Shown one piece after another: positions 17,868 through 27,920 of a stretch of DNA of 64,000 nucleotides (positions within the stretch are counted from its first letter, which is position 1; the number at the start of each line of letters is the position of its first letter). The notes beneath the pieces are model-generated. The model did not search any database, was not told the DNA's origin, and worked only from the letters and a program-made list of their open reading frames with translations. This DNA comes from Planctomycetota bacterium (GTDB lineage: Bacteria > Planctomycetota > B15-G4 > SIAN01), in assembly GCA_031409275.1 (NCBI GenBank), contig JANNXA010000055.1, positions 160,001 through 224,000 on the forward strand. Direction: 5' to 3'. Both the position numbers and the translations under genes were made by a program.

Positions 17868-19802
17868 TCAGCGCGGCTGCAACCGCACCGGTTCGTCGTA
17901 GAGCGCACCGCCCTCGCCAGCGTCGGTGACCACCGCCCGAACCAGCAGGTTCGCGCAATCACCGCTGCGTTGCTGGCCTCCTTTGGCCATGAAGGCCACG
18001 CTCGGATGAATGGCATCGTCGTGGCGAAGGGTGACCGCGAGCCGACCGATCACGCTCTCGATCCACGCCGGCGCCCCATCGCGAAGACCCGCCGCCGCAC
18101 TCGGATGGACGCGTACCTCCGCCGGCGATGGCGGCGTCTCCGACCACTGTGAAGACTGCGCCTTCGCTGTCGAGACGGCCAGAAGTCGTAGCGGGAAGTC
18201 GACGCTCGCAATCGCCGGTCGCTCCGGCGCCGACACCGGCAGGCGCGCGCGGCCGTCCGCCGTCGCGAAGCGATCACCGGCGAACCGAACCTGCGGCGCC
18301 AGCGGATTGCGTCGCGGCGCCTGCGTCAGTGCGGCCGCATCGATGCCATGAGGCGCGACCTTGCGCAGCAACCGTTCCTTCCACGCCGCGATCGAGGGGT
18401 CGAAACGGTCCCCGAGGCCGAGCCGTTCCGCCAACCCGTGCAGGAGGGTGATCTCGTGCACGACGCCGGGGGGCGGCGCGAGTGCCGGCGTCGACGCCCG
18501 CAACCAGTGGTTCCCGTAGGCGCCAAGCAGATCCTCATCCTCGAGCAGCGTCGGGCACGGAAAGACGACGTGGGCGACATCGGTGGTGTCGGTCGGATGG
18601 GTATCGACGACCGCCACGAAGTCCGCGCGCTCGAAGCCGCGCCGCACGGACGCGGCATCGGGCAGCATGCTGAGCGGGTTGCCGGCCGTGACCCAGATCG
18701 CGCGTACGGGCGGCGTCGCTTCGAGCAGCTCGCGGCCAAGCAGCGGCTCGCACAACGTGCGGGGAGCAGCGGCCTCGCCGCGCACGAAGCTGGTGTCAAA
18801 GGCCGTGCGTCGCGCGAAGTAGTACGAACAGCCGCCGCCGCTCACTCCCATGTTGCCGCGCACCGTTGCCAGCGCGTCGAGCGTGCGCACCACCGCAGCG
18901 CCGTTCACCCGGCGCGCCAGACCCCAGCCGACCAGGATCGCGGCCGGGAACTGCGCGGCGTAGAGATCGGCGAAGCGCTGCAAGTCCGCTTCGGGGACAC
19001 CGGCGGCGTGCGCGCGCTCAGCAAGCGTGCTCTGCAACGCCAGCGCACGAAAGTGGGCCGCGCCTTCCGCGAAACGCTCCAGGTCGGACGCGATCGCGCC
19101 GCGCGCGAAGAGTTCACTCGCCACCGCCAGCGCCAGCTCGCCATCGCAGCCCGGTCGCGGCTGCAGGAAGAGGTCGCACAGCGACGCCAGTCGCGTCCGC
19201 ACGCAGTCGATCCCGACGATCGTCGTGCCGCGCCGCTTCGCCTCGAGCAGCACCGGCAGGAGATGCGAGCCTGAAACGTGGACGTTCTTGCCCCAGACCA
19301 CGATCAGGCGGCTGTTCATCAGATCGAACAGGTCGTTCGAATCGGAGGCTCCGAAATCGAGCAGGTTGGCCGCTTCGCCTGCTCCCGAGCAGATGTCGCC
19401 GCGCTTCACGGTGACCGGCCCGAACTGCTCGAACAGGTAGTCGGCCGCCACCTTGAGCAGCCCCAGCGAGCCGCCGGAGCGGTAGTGGAAGATCGCTGCC
19501 GCTCCCGATTCCGCGCGAATCTTGAGCAGCTGCTCCGCCGCGAAGTCGAGCGCCGCCTCGAGGCTCGCCGAAACGAGCTTGCCGCCGCGGCGCACCTGCG
19601 GCGTGACGAAGCGATCGGGGGCGTACTGGCGCGCCAGGAACTTCGCCGTACGTTCGCAGAGGAAACCGCGGGTCACCGGATCGTCGGGGTCTCCGCTGAG
19701 CCGCACGGCCCGCTCGCCTTCCATCTCGACGACGATCGAACAGGCGTCGGGGCAGTCCCGATTGCAGGCGGTCTTGCGGCGCGAGCGCGTCTTGCTGGCC
19801 AT
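17868..19802 (-). CDS. Molybdopterin (bis-MGD) oxidoreductase with N-terminal [4Fe-4S] motif
   Basis: CNRDCPDAC...GFLC, VWGKN, PRPGCD, TDTTDVAHVVFP and a C-terminal binding domain. No Tat signal; substrate unknown. Confidence 0.9.
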   Translation of the reverse strand: MASKTRSRRKTACNRDCPDACSIVVEMEGERAVRLSGDPDDPVTRGFLCERTAKFLARQYAPDRFVTPQVRRGGKLVSASLEAALDFAAEQLLKIRAESGAAAIFHYRSGGSLGLLKVAADYLFEQFGPVTVKRGDICSGAGEAANLLDFGASDSNDLFDLMNSRLIVVWGKNVHVSGSHLLPVLLEAKRRGTTIVGIDCVRTRLASLCDLFLQPRPGCDGELALAVASELFARGAIASDLERFAEGAAHFRALALQSTLAERAHAAGVPEADLQRFADLYAAQFPAAILVGWGLARRVNGAAVVRTLDALATVRGNMGVSGGGCSYYFARRTAFDTSFVRGEAAAPRTLCEPLLGRELLEATPPVRAIWVTAGNPLSMLPDAASVRRGFERADFVAVVDTHPTDTTDVAHVVFPCPTLLEDEDLLGAYGNHWLRASTPALAPPPGVVHEITLLHGLAERLGLGDRFDPSIAAWKERLLRKVAPHGIDAAALTQAPRRNPLAPQVRFAGDRFATADGRARLPVSAPERPAIASVDFPLRLLAVSTAKAQSSQWSETPPSPAEVRVHPSAAAGLRDGAPAWIESVIGRLAVTLRHDDAIHPSVAFMAKGGQQRSGDCANLLVRAVVTDAGEGGALYDEPVRLQPR

Positions 19803-19874
19803 GGCGCGATGTTAGAGTCCGCCCCCCTTTTCGTGCCGCTGTCGAAGTCGGACAGCTGGCACGCGGAGCGACCC

Positions 19875-20189
19875 ATGCCGGCCGACAAGATCGCGAAGTG
19901 GAAGCCGTTGGTCGAACAGCACCCCGACCACGAACTCGCGCGCTACAGCCTCGGCTGCGCCTACTTCGAAGCCGGCCAGTTCGCCGACGCCGAGCCGCAC
20001 TTCGCGCGCGCTCTCGAACTGCGCAACGACTGGGTCATGGCGTACATCTTCCGCGCCAAGTGCCTGATCCGGCTCGGGCGAGGCACCGAAGCGAAGCCGC
20101 TGCTGGCGCTCGGCCGTTCCCACTCGCAGGCGCAAGGGCATGACGCGCCGGTCGAGGAGATCGACGCGCTGCTCGAGATGCTGCCGTGA
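19875..20189 (+). CDS. Small TPR protein
   Basis: ARYSLGCAYFEAGQFADAEPHFARALEL and AYIFRAKCLIRLGRGTEA are TPR-like. Confidence 0.85.
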   Translation: MPADKIAKWKPLVEQHPDHELARYSLGCAYFEAGQFADAEPHFARALELRNDWVMAYIFRAKCLIRLGRGTEAKPLLALGRSHSQAQGHDAPVEEIDALLEMLP

Positions 20190-22510
20190 AACGAGACGCG
20201 GTGACGTCGCGACGACGAGTCGAAGCGATCGCGACCGTCGTTGTCTCGCTCGTCGCCACGGCGTCACTCGTTGCCGACGACGCCCCGTTGCCACGACGCT
20301 GGCTCGAACTCGAAGTTCCCGCCGCCGATGAGTCGCCGCTCGTGCCGATCGCGACCGAAGAGCTCGCCACGCTGCTTGCCACCCACGGCTACGCCGGCGT
20401 GCTCCTCGACTTTCCAAGCGGCACCGGCGCATTCGACGAATCATGGGCGCTCCCCTTTCGAACGGCGGGCCTTGCGGTCCGCTCCACACGGCGCGCGACG
20501 CAGCGAATCGACGAACTCCCGCCGTGGCCGGCCATCGAGCCGCGACTGCTGCCCGGCGAAGGCGACGGCGACGATCCAGCGGCCGTGTGGTTGCGACCGC
20601 TGCTACGCCCGGCCGTCATCGACTGGCTCTGGCAGGCGCCGCCGGAAGCGACCGGAGGCGGCGATGGCTACCTCTCGTCGCGACTGCTGTTGCCGACGCG
20701 GCCGGAGCGACGCGCCGAGCAGATGCGACTCGATCTTGCGAGCTTCGCGCCGGTCCCGGCCGCACCGTCACCGCCCATCGACGCGCCGCTGTTGCGCCAG
20801 AGTGCCTTGGCGAGCGAACTGGCGGCGCTGCTCGGCGGGAATCACCCCGAGCTGATCGCGCCGCTCGAGAATCGCGCCAGCAACGCGTTGGACGCGCTGC
20901 GCTGGCGCCCGCTGCGCCGAGCGCCGGAGTGGCTCGAGGTCGATGAGTGGTTCGGCGCGTTCGGCAGCGATGGCGAGATGCTCGCCGCGCGGCTGCTGCG
21001 CGATCCCGCCCCGCCGGCGGCGCTCGCCGCGGCGCTATCCGCCGCACGCGACACACGCACGGAGTCGGGACAATCGTCACGCGCCGGGATCGTCGATGAC
21101 GCCACGCGGACGTGGCTCGCCGACGCCATCGAGCAGCGCTGGCAGGCGACGGCGAAGCTGGCCGCGCTGCTGCGCGACCCGACGCTGCGCCTCGCGGAGG
21201 ACGCCGTCGCAGCGGCGCCGCCGGCGACGATCACGGCTCCCGCTTGGCGCGACGGGATCGAGTACGAGTCGCGGCAGCGCGTCGCCGAGCGCTGGCAGCT
21301 CCATCCATGGCGGGTGCACACGCGCCGCTTCGCGCTCAGCAGCAAGACGCTGCGAGCCGGCGTCAGCGCGCCGCCGCTCGACGTCCTCGCGATCGACGAC
21401 CCGCGTCTCGAGCGGTTCGTTCCGCAGCTGGCGGCCGCGCTGAAGACGACGCCGTGGGACCTCGCCGCCTGGCTGCCGGTGGTGCCCGGTGCGACGATCA
21501 CGCTGCGGACCACCCTCGCGCTGCGCGATCCGCGGCAGTTCCGACTCGAACTCGACGCTGCGGCGACCTGCACCGTCCGCCTCAACGAAGCGCTGGTGAT
21601 CGACCGTTTTTCCGCCGACCGCGACCACCTCCTCACGACGTTGGCGGTGCCGGCCGGGACGAGCGAGTTGAGCCTCGAGCTCGTCCTCGACGGCACCCGC
21701 GACACGCTCCAACTGGCGCTCGAGCTGCTTCCGCAGCGCGCTGGCGGACTTCTCCTTTCCGCGGCCAACGCATCGCAGGTCGTCGAGCCGATGGTGCGCC
21801 TGGGCGACGCCGGCGCGCTCGACGGCGCCAGCCTCGCGCTCCTCGCGGCGCGCCCGCAAGGCGGCGAAGGCAACGCCTTCTTTCCCTTCGCGCTCGACAC
21901 GACCACGCTCTACGACGTGTGGCTCCACGCGCTCCCAATCGCCGGCGGCGGCGCGCTCGAACTCGACTGCGATGGCAGCCCGCCGCTCAAGGTCGACCTC
22001 GCACCTGCGAGCGGTTGGCGGTGGCAGCGCGTCGCCGCGCCCTTCTGGCTGACCAACGGCTCGCACGCGCTGCGGCTGCGGCTGCTCACCGCTGGCGTGC
22101 GGCTCGATCAGATCGCCCTGGTCGCCAGCGAAACGCGCTTCCCGCGACTGCCAGCAGGAGATCAGCCGCTTTGGAACAGCGCGTGGCGCTACGACCCGCT
22201 CGGCTCCGGCATCGTCGTCGATCTCCCGACACTCACCACCGGCGAGCTCTTCGGTCGCGCGTTCGAGGTCGAGAAGAGCGGTAACTACCAGCTCTACGCC
22301 TGGCTGAAGGGGAGCAGCCCGATGGCGCCAGGCCAACGCGCCGAGGTCGAGCTCACCTCCCCTTCGACGAGAGTGCGCCTGGTCCTGCCGGCCGGCACCC
22401 CGAGCGAAGAGTGGGTCGCGCTCGGCGACGTGGCGCTGACCGCCGGCGAGCGCGTCGAGCTGCGGGTCCGCGGTGACGGGGCACTGGCGCGCGTGGCATT
22501 GCGGCGCTGA
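20186..22510 (+). CDS. Large hypothetical exported protein with C-terminal beta-sandwich (CBM-like) domains
   Basis: GTGA overlap with the TPR gene; N-terminal hydrophobic segment; two repeats of the pattern YxVW/LY...W..V/LG...L..G...L.LR. Confidence 0.7.
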   Translation: MKRDAVTSRRRVEAIATVVVSLVATASLVADDAPLPRRWLELEVPAADESPLVPIATEELATLLATHGYAGVLLDFPSGTGAFDESWALPFRTAGLAVRSTRRATQRIDELPPWPAIEPRLLPGEGDGDDPAAVWLRPLLRPAVIDWLWQAPPEATGGGDGYLSSRLLLPTRPERRAEQMRLDLASFAPVPAAPSPPIDAPLLRQSALASELAALLGGNHPELIAPLENRASNALDALRWRPLRRAPEWLEVDEWFGAFGSDGEMLAARLLRDPAPPAALAAALSAARDTRTESGQSSRAGIVDDATRTWLADAIEQRWQATAKLAALLRDPTLRLAEDAVAAAPPATITAPAWRDGIEYESRQRVAERWQLHPWRVHTRRFALSSKTLRAGVSAPPLDVLAIDDPRLERFVPQLAAALKTTPWDLAAWLPVVPGATITLRTTLALRDPRQFRLELDAAATCTVRLNEALVIDRFSADRDHLLTTLAVPAGTSELSLELVLDGTRDTLQLALELLPQRAGGLLLSAANASQVVEPMVRLGDAGALDGASLALLAARPQGGEGNAFFPFALDTTTLYDVWLHALPIAGGGALELDCDGSPPLKVDLAPASGWRWQRVAAPFWLTNGSHALRLRLLTAGVRLDQIALVASETRFPRLPAGDQPLWNSAWRYDPLGSGIVVDLPTLTTGELFGRAFEVEKSGNYQLYAWLKGSSPMAPGQRAEVELTSPSTRVRLVLPAGTPSEEWVALGDVALTAGERVELRVRGDGALARVALRR

Positions 22511-22564
22511 GTGCTAGAAGGGCCGCGGAACACGATCCTCGACGCCGGTGCTGGGGAGCCGCTG

Positions 22565-22804
22565 ATGCCCACCTTCGACTACTCATGCAGCACTTGCGGC
22601 GAGCGCTTCGAGAAGCACGTCGCGAGCGCGCGAACGCGGCCGTCCTGCCCACGTTGCAGAGGCAAGTCGGTGACGCGCGAGATCGCCGCGCCGGCCATCC
22701 GCGGCAGCTCGCCGCGCGCGCCCATCCTTCCGGTCGCGGGTGGATCAGCGCACGGCTGCGGGAACATCGAGCGACCCGGCTGTGGTGGCGGAGGTTGCGC
22801 GTGA
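22565..22804 (+). CDS. FmdB-family zinc-ribbon protein
   Basis: MPTFDYSCSTCGERFE...CPRC and a C-terminal GCGGGGC. Confidence 0.9.
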   Translation: MPTFDYSCSTCGERFEKHVASARTRPSCPRCRGKSVTREIAAPAIRGSSPRAPILPVAGGSAHGCGNIERPGCGGGGCA

Positions 22805-23502
22805 CGCCCCGCACGCCGCCGGCGACGGTCGCCTTCGACATCGAGGTCGTCGGCTACGACTGGAGCGAACTCGACGAGGCGACTCGCGGCTACCTGCTCG
22901 AGCGCGCCCGCAAGAAGGGGGAGACGGCGGAGGACGCGGCCGGGAAGCTCGCGCTGACGCTCGGACTCGGCCGGGTCGTCGCCATCGCGTTGTGGAATCT
23001 CGACGAGCAGCGCGGTGCCGTGCTGCTCGAGGGGCCCTCCACGGGCTGGAGCGCGTGGCCGGGTCGCAGCGACGGCGCCTGGCTGTTTCGTGGCGACGAG
23101 AAGCAGCTGCTCGAAGCGTTCTGGGAGCGCATCCGCGGCTACGGCCGTCTGGTGACGTTCGCCGGCCGAATGTTCGACGGCCCGGTGCTGATGGTCCGCT
23201 CGGCGCTGCACGGCGTCGCCCCGTCGCGCCACCTCGCGGCGCGCGACTTCGCCATGCGCCAGCACTGCGACCTCGCGGAACTCTTCACCTTCCAGGGCGC
23301 CGTTCGCGACCACTACAAGCTCGACTACTGGTGCCGCCGCTTCGGTCTCGAGTCGCCGAAATCGACGCTCGACGGCTCGCAGGTGGGCGCGGCGTACAAG
23401 GCCGGCGAGATCGAGAAGATCGGCGACTACTGCCTGCGCGACGCGCGCGCCACCGGACTCCTGTTCGAGAAGGTCAAGGAGACGCTGATTCCGCTGCTCT
23501 AG
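22801..23502 (+). CDS. PolB-like DEDDy 3'-5' exonuclease (RNase H-like fold)
   Basis: FDIE, TFAGRMFDGP, HCDL, YCLRD; GTGA overlap. Confidence 0.88.
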   Translation: MTPRTPPATVAFDIEVVGYDWSELDEATRGYLLERARKKGETAEDAAGKLALTLGLGRVVAIALWNLDEQRGAVLLEGPSTGWSAWPGRSDGAWLFRGDEKQLLEAFWERIRGYGRLVTFAGRMFDGPVLMVRSALHGVAPSRHLAARDFAMRQHCDLAELFTFQGAVRDHYKLDYWCRRFGLESPKSTLDGSQVGAAYKAGEIEKIGDYCLRDARATGLLFEKVKETLIPLL

Positions 23503-23635
23503 CAGCCCGTCCGCCGCTTCGGCGCGAGAACCGTTTTCCTTGCTCGAGCGCCCCACTCCGGCTGCACGAGGGCCGCTGCCGATAGGTCAGCGGACTCTCT
23601 TCCAGATGTTCGATCGCAGCCAGGAGTGACGCGAC

Positions 23636-25468
23636 ATGCAGTCCTCGCGGGCGCCTCTTTGCGTCTTCTTTGCGGCGTTCATCACGTTCGCCATCGCCTT
23701 CTCGTCGCTGTTGGCGCTGCTCAAGCCGCGCCTCGAACAGCGTCATCGTGACGAACAGGCGAAGCACGCGGAGCCGCCCCACCCGAAGGACGCGGCCGTC
23801 AGTGCTTCGCTCGGCGCCATGGCTCACGGTGGGCGGCCGCCGGGCACCGCTCGGCCGACTTCGCTGCGCGCGATCGGTCGCGTCGTCGACGCTCGTGGCG
23901 CACCGATCGCCGGTGCCACCGTCGTCTTCACCGATCCTTCCACCAACGTGGTCGCCACCTGCAGCAGCGATGAAAGCGGCCAGTTCGACGCGTCGTTCGC
24001 GGCGACGCCGGATTTGAACGCCAGCGCTTCAGCGGCGGGCTACCAGAGCAGCACACCTTCCCCGCTGCCAGGCGATTCCGCGCTCCAGCAGATCGGCGAT
24101 CTCGTGCTGCGCGACGGCGGTGCCGTGCGCCTGCGCATCAGCGGCGATGCCGCCGGTGCGATCCAGAACGCGACGGTCACCTTGCTGCCGATGGGCGAGG
24201 GCGATGCTGCAGCGCTGGCGCAAGCGCACAGCAGCGCCGACGGCAGCGCGATCCTGCGCGGGATCGACTGCGGCAGCTACCGGCTCCGGATCGAGGCGGA
24301 AGGCCATGCGCGCGCCGAACGCAACTGGCGATTCGACGGGATCGGCCGCGCCGGCACCGACGAACTCGCCTTCGTCCTGCTACCGCTGACCAGCTACGTC
24401 AGCGGCACCGCCAACGACTCCACTGCGGAAGCGATCGATCGCGGCGAAGTGGTCGCACGCCTCGTCCGTCCTGATCCGCCGTCGTCGCAGACCTGGCGCA
24501 GCGAGCTGGCCGGAGACGGCGCCTTCCGGATCGGACCGCTTCCGCGCGGCACCTACGAAGTGCATCTGCAGGTCGATGGCATGGTGCAGCAAGGTCACCT
24601 CTACGCCGAAGCGGATGGTGAACCGATCGAGATCGTCGCCGGCCACGGCGGTTCGCTGCACGGCCGCTTCGACGATGACTTCCCGCTCAGCCAGGCGCCG
24701 ACGCTCTCCTTGTGGAAGCTCGACCGCGCCGGCCAAGCGCAGCCGCTCGAACTCGAGAAACCTGCCGTCGTCGATCTGGCCACTCGCGAGTTCCGTCTCG
24801 ATGGCGTCGCGCCCGGGCGCTACGTGCTGCGCGGCGTCGCCGATGGGTACGCCCCGACGCGGACCGATCCGTTCGAGTTGGCGATCGCCTCGGCGCCCGA
24901 TGCGGTGCTGCTGCGTTTCGGCGGCGGCGGTGCGGTGACGGGCACGCTCGTCGACCATCGAGGAGCGCCGTTGCGCGGCGCACGCGTGACCTTGTTCGAG
25001 GGCATGGCGCCGCCACCGGCCGCGTGGGCCTCGACGTTCCCGCACGACGCCCACAGCGAGGTCGCCACCGATGGCGATGGGCGCTTCAGCTTGAGCATGC
25101 TCGCGCCCGGAAGCCAGGTCGCGGTCTTCGAGGCGGCGGGCCAGCCGCCGCGCAGCTTCGGCCCGCTGTGGGTCGCGGAAGGCGTCACCACCGCGCTGCC
25201 GGAACTCTCGATCGCCGGCGGGACGGTGCTGTCGATCACGCTTCACGACGGCGCCGGGACCGTTGCCGCGAGCGGCCGCGTCCGCGTCAGCTCCACGGAG
25301 CTCGGCGTCGACGTGACCACGATCGCCGACGAGCAGGGCAACGTCTGCTTGCGCGGGATGCCGGCCGGCAAGTACTGGCTGACGCCCTGCGATGGCAGCG
25401 AGCCGCGCGAAGTCACGCTGACCACCGGCGAGACGCTGCGCTGCGAACTGCTCCACAGCTCGCGCTGA
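23636..25468 (+). CDS. Membrane-anchored protein with repeated carboxypeptidase-regulatory-like beta domains
   Basis: N-terminal TM; repeats GRVVDARGAPIAGATV, GTLVDHRGAPLRGARV, TDGDGRF. Confidence 0.85.
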   Translation: MQSSRAPLCVFFAAFITFAIAFSSLLALLKPRLEQRHRDEQAKHAEPPHPKDAAVSASLGAMAHGGRPPGTARPTSLRAIGRVVDARGAPIAGATVVFTDPSTNVVATCSSDESGQFDASFAATPDLNASASAAGYQSSTPSPLPGDSALQQIGDLVLRDGGAVRLRISGDAAGAIQNATVTLLPMGEGDAAALAQAHSSADGSAILRGIDCGSYRLRIEAEGHARAERNWRFDGIGRAGTDELAFVLLPLTSYVSGTANDSTAEAIDRGEVVARLVRPDPPSSQTWRSELAGDGAFRIGPLPRGTYEVHLQVDGMVQQGHLYAEADGEPIEIVAGHGGSLHGRFDDDFPLSQAPTLSLWKLDRAGQAQPLELEKPAVVDLATREFRLDGVAPGRYVLRGVADGYAPTRTDPFELAIASAPDAVLLRFGGGGAVTGTLVDHRGAPLRGARVTLFEGMAPPPAAWASTFPHDAHSEVATDGDGRFSLSMLAPGSQVAVFEAAGQPPRSFGPLWVAEGVTTALPELSIAGGTVLSITLHDGAGTVAASGRVRVSSTELGVDVTTIADEQGNVCLRGMPAGKYWLTPCDGSEPREVTLTTGETLRCELLHSSR

Positions 25469-25492
25469 TCCGCCGGCTACGCTGCGGCGCGC

Positions 25493-26311
25493 ATGGAACG
25501 CGCGTCGCATGACCCGCTCGCCCCTTCGCGACCACCCTGGCGCGTGGCGAGCCTCGCCATCGCCGCCTGCGCAGCGCGGCTGCTGCTGGCGGCCGCGCCA
25601 GCGCAGGCCGACGTCGCGGCGCGCAGTGCGGCGGTCGGCGCCCTGCTGGTGCTGGGATGGCTGCCCGCCGCGCTCAGCCGTTTCGCGCGGCGAAACGACG
25701 CGGATCGCTGGCGTGCGGAGACGCGCGCGGCCTGGCTCGCGCTGGGCGTCGGGCTGCTGATGTGCGCCCTCGGGCTGGCGTTGCGCGAAGTGCTGGCGCA
25801 ACCGCAGCCTCTGCTGACGGATCGGGCACCTTGGCCGTGGGCCGAACTGGCCGCCGCGCAGGCGCTGCTCTTCTGTTCCCAACTCGTTCCGCTGCCGGGC
25901 AGCGAAGGCTCGACGCTGATCGAGGCGGCCCTTCGTCGCGGGCGTCCGCAATTGGTCGCGGCGCGACTGGTCGGCCGGTTGCGCGGCGGCGCCGTGGCGC
26001 TCGTGGCGTTGCTCCTCGCGCTCGTGCCCGGCGCTGGACGTGATCCCATCTCGCTTGCAGTCGCCGTGCTCTTCGCCGTACTCGCATGGCGAGGCGAGCG
26101 CGCTCTGTTCCAACAGGCGCTCGCGCGCGAGCAGGCGTTGCAGCTCGATGCGCGATCTCGCCCCGCGCTGCTCCAGCCGCTATCGCCCGCGCAGTTCCGC
26201 GCGTTCGCGGCGGTCGCCGCGCGAGCCTACGCCGAGGCGACGCGTGCCCGCCACAGCAGCCCGAAGCCGATCGCAAGCGCCGCCAGCAGCACGCCAACCG
26301 AGCCGGAGTAG
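25493..26311 (+). CDS. Hypothetical integral membrane protein
   Basis: Several hydrophobic segments; overlaps the convergent MFS gene by 85 bp. Confidence 0.55.
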   Translation: MERASHDPLAPSRPPWRVASLAIAACAARLLLAAAPAQADVAARSAAVGALLVLGWLPAALSRFARRNDADRWRAETRAAWLALGVGLLMCALGLALREVLAQPQPLLTDRAPWPWAELAAAQALLFCSQLVPLPGSEGSTLIEAALRRGRPQLVAARLVGRLRGGAVALVALLLALVPGAGRDPISLAVAVLFAVLAWRGERALFQQALAREQALQLDARSRPALLQPLSPAQFRAFAAVAARAYAEATRARHSSPKPIASAASSTPTEPE

Positions 26312-27474
26312 CTCGCCGCACCGCTCGCGACCCCTCGATCGACCAGCGCCGTGAAGGGAAACAGCGTCAGCAGCGAGGCGCGTTGTGCGAGCCCGTAGAC
26401 GCCGAAGGCCTCCCCGAGCTCCGCGCGCGGCACCATCTGCACCAGCCAATGGCGGCTCGCCGCCCAGATGCCCGCGAGACCGGCGCCGCCAAGCGTGCCG
26501 ATGGCGGCGACGCGCACGCCCCACCACGGCGCGAACTGCGCGATGAGCAGCCCGAGGAACAGCAAGGCGACCGCCAGCAGCGTCGTGCGCCGGCCGCCGC
26601 GACGATCGCTCTCACGGCCGAGGACGAAGCCCCCGACGATGCAGGAAAGCTGGATGCCGAGCAGGAACAGCGTGACGCCATGCGAGCTCAGCGCCAACCC
26701 TTCGCGACGCGCCGCATAGCGGGCCACCTGCGCCAACACGGTGTTGACGCTGTCGCAGACGAAGAAGATCCCGAAGAAGAACGCGCGCCGTTCGCGCGGC
26801 GCGAGCTGGCGACGCAACGCCGCGAAGCCCTCGCGAAACGAAAGCAGGAGCAGCGCGCGCGCCGTCAGCGGTGCGGCGAGTGGGCGCGACGCCGGCTGCT
26901 CGACGACGCAGAAACGCATCGGCAGCGTGAAGATCAGGAAGAGCGCCGCCGCCAGCAGGTAGAGCGCGCCGTAGCCGCTTTGGTCGAGGTCGAACGCGAG
27001 GATCAGCCCGAACGCGAAGAGGTTGCCGAGGTAGCCGAGCGCGACACCGGCTCCTGACGCGGCGCCGACGGCCTCGACGCCGACCAATCCGGGCAGCAGC
27101 GCGTTGTACGGCACCGCCGCCATCTCGTAGCAGAAGCGCGCCACGACGTAGAGCAGCATCAGCGCCAGCGCGCCGTGCGCCGCCGCCATCGCCGTCGTCG
27201 CCGCGCAGCACGCGAGCGTCAACGCGAACGTGAGGGAGCGGGCGCGGCCGATGCGATCGACGAGTGCGCCGAGCGCCGGCGAGAGCAGCGCGGAGAGCAG
27301 CATCGCGGGGACGTACGCCAGCGCGACCGCGGACTCGCTTCCGGTCTGCAGCGCGAGCTGCTCGGGGAAGTAGCGCGTGGCGACCAGCAGGAAGAAGACG
27401 GTGTTCGCGAGGTCGTAGAGCGACCATGCCAGGAGCGCACGGCGCGGCGACGTTGGATGGGCGGGAGCGGTCAC
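26227..27474 (-). CDS. MFS transporter (UMF1/ATG22-like)
   Basis: AWSLYDLANTVF, LGALVDRIG, YNALLP, SDRRGGRR, EAFGVY; about 12 TM. Confidence 0.9.
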   Translation of the reverse strand: MTAPAHPTSPRRALLAWSLYDLANTVFFLLVATRYFPEQLALQTGSESAVALAYVPAMLLSALLSPALGALVDRIGRARSLTFALTLACCAATTAMAAAHGALALMLLYVVARFCYEMAAVPYNALLPGLVGVEAVGAASGAGVALGYLGNLFAFGLILAFDLDQSGYGALYLLAAALFLIFTLPMRFCVVEQPASRPLAAPLTARALLLLSFREGFAALRRQLAPRERRAFFFGIFFVCDSVNTVLAQVARYAARREGLALSSHGVTLFLLGIQLSCIVGGFVLGRESDRRGGRRTTLLAVALLFLGLLIAQFAPWWGVRVAAIGTLGGAGLAGIWAASRHWLVQMVPRAELGEAFGVYGLAQRASLLTLFPFTALVDRGVASGAASYSGSVGVLLAALAIGFGLLWRARVASA

Positions 27475-27516
27475 GCCCGCATCATGGGCGCGCACCGCCG
27501 CGCTTCAACCCGGGTG

Positions 27517-27906
27517 TCAGGTCGCGCCGCTCGCCGCCTGTGTGCCAAGGTGCTTGCGGATGGTCTGGACCAGAGCTTCGGGCCGGAACGGCTTGCGGAA
27601 GTACTCCACCGCGCCGAGTTCGCGCGACTTCGAGCGCCCTTCGCGGTGCTCGCGGGCCGTGAAGACGATCACCGGGACCGGCGCGCACGCCGCGTCCGCC
27701 TTCATGCGCTCGAGCGTCTCCCAGCCGTCCATCCCCGGCATCATGATGTCGAGCAGCACGATGCCCGGCCGCTGGGCTCGCGCCTTCTCGATCCCCTCCG
27801 GGCCGGAGAGCGCCGAGTCGACGTGGAATCCTTCGGCTTCGAGGACCATCGCCGTGGACATGGCGATCCACTTGTCGTCGTCGATGATCAGCACGCTGTC
27901 GCCCAT
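27517..27906 (-). CDS. Single-domain response regulator
   Basis: LIIDDD, LLDIMMPGMDG, VFTA, KPF. Confidence 0.93.
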   Translation of the reverse strand: MGDSVLIIDDDKWIAMSTAMVLEAEGFHVDSALSGPEGIEKARAQRPGIVLLDIMMPGMDGWETLERMKADAACAPVPVIVFTAREHREGRSKSRELGAVEYFRKPFRPEALVQTIRKHLGTQAASGAT

Positions 27907-27920
27907 GTCGCTTCCCTCGC

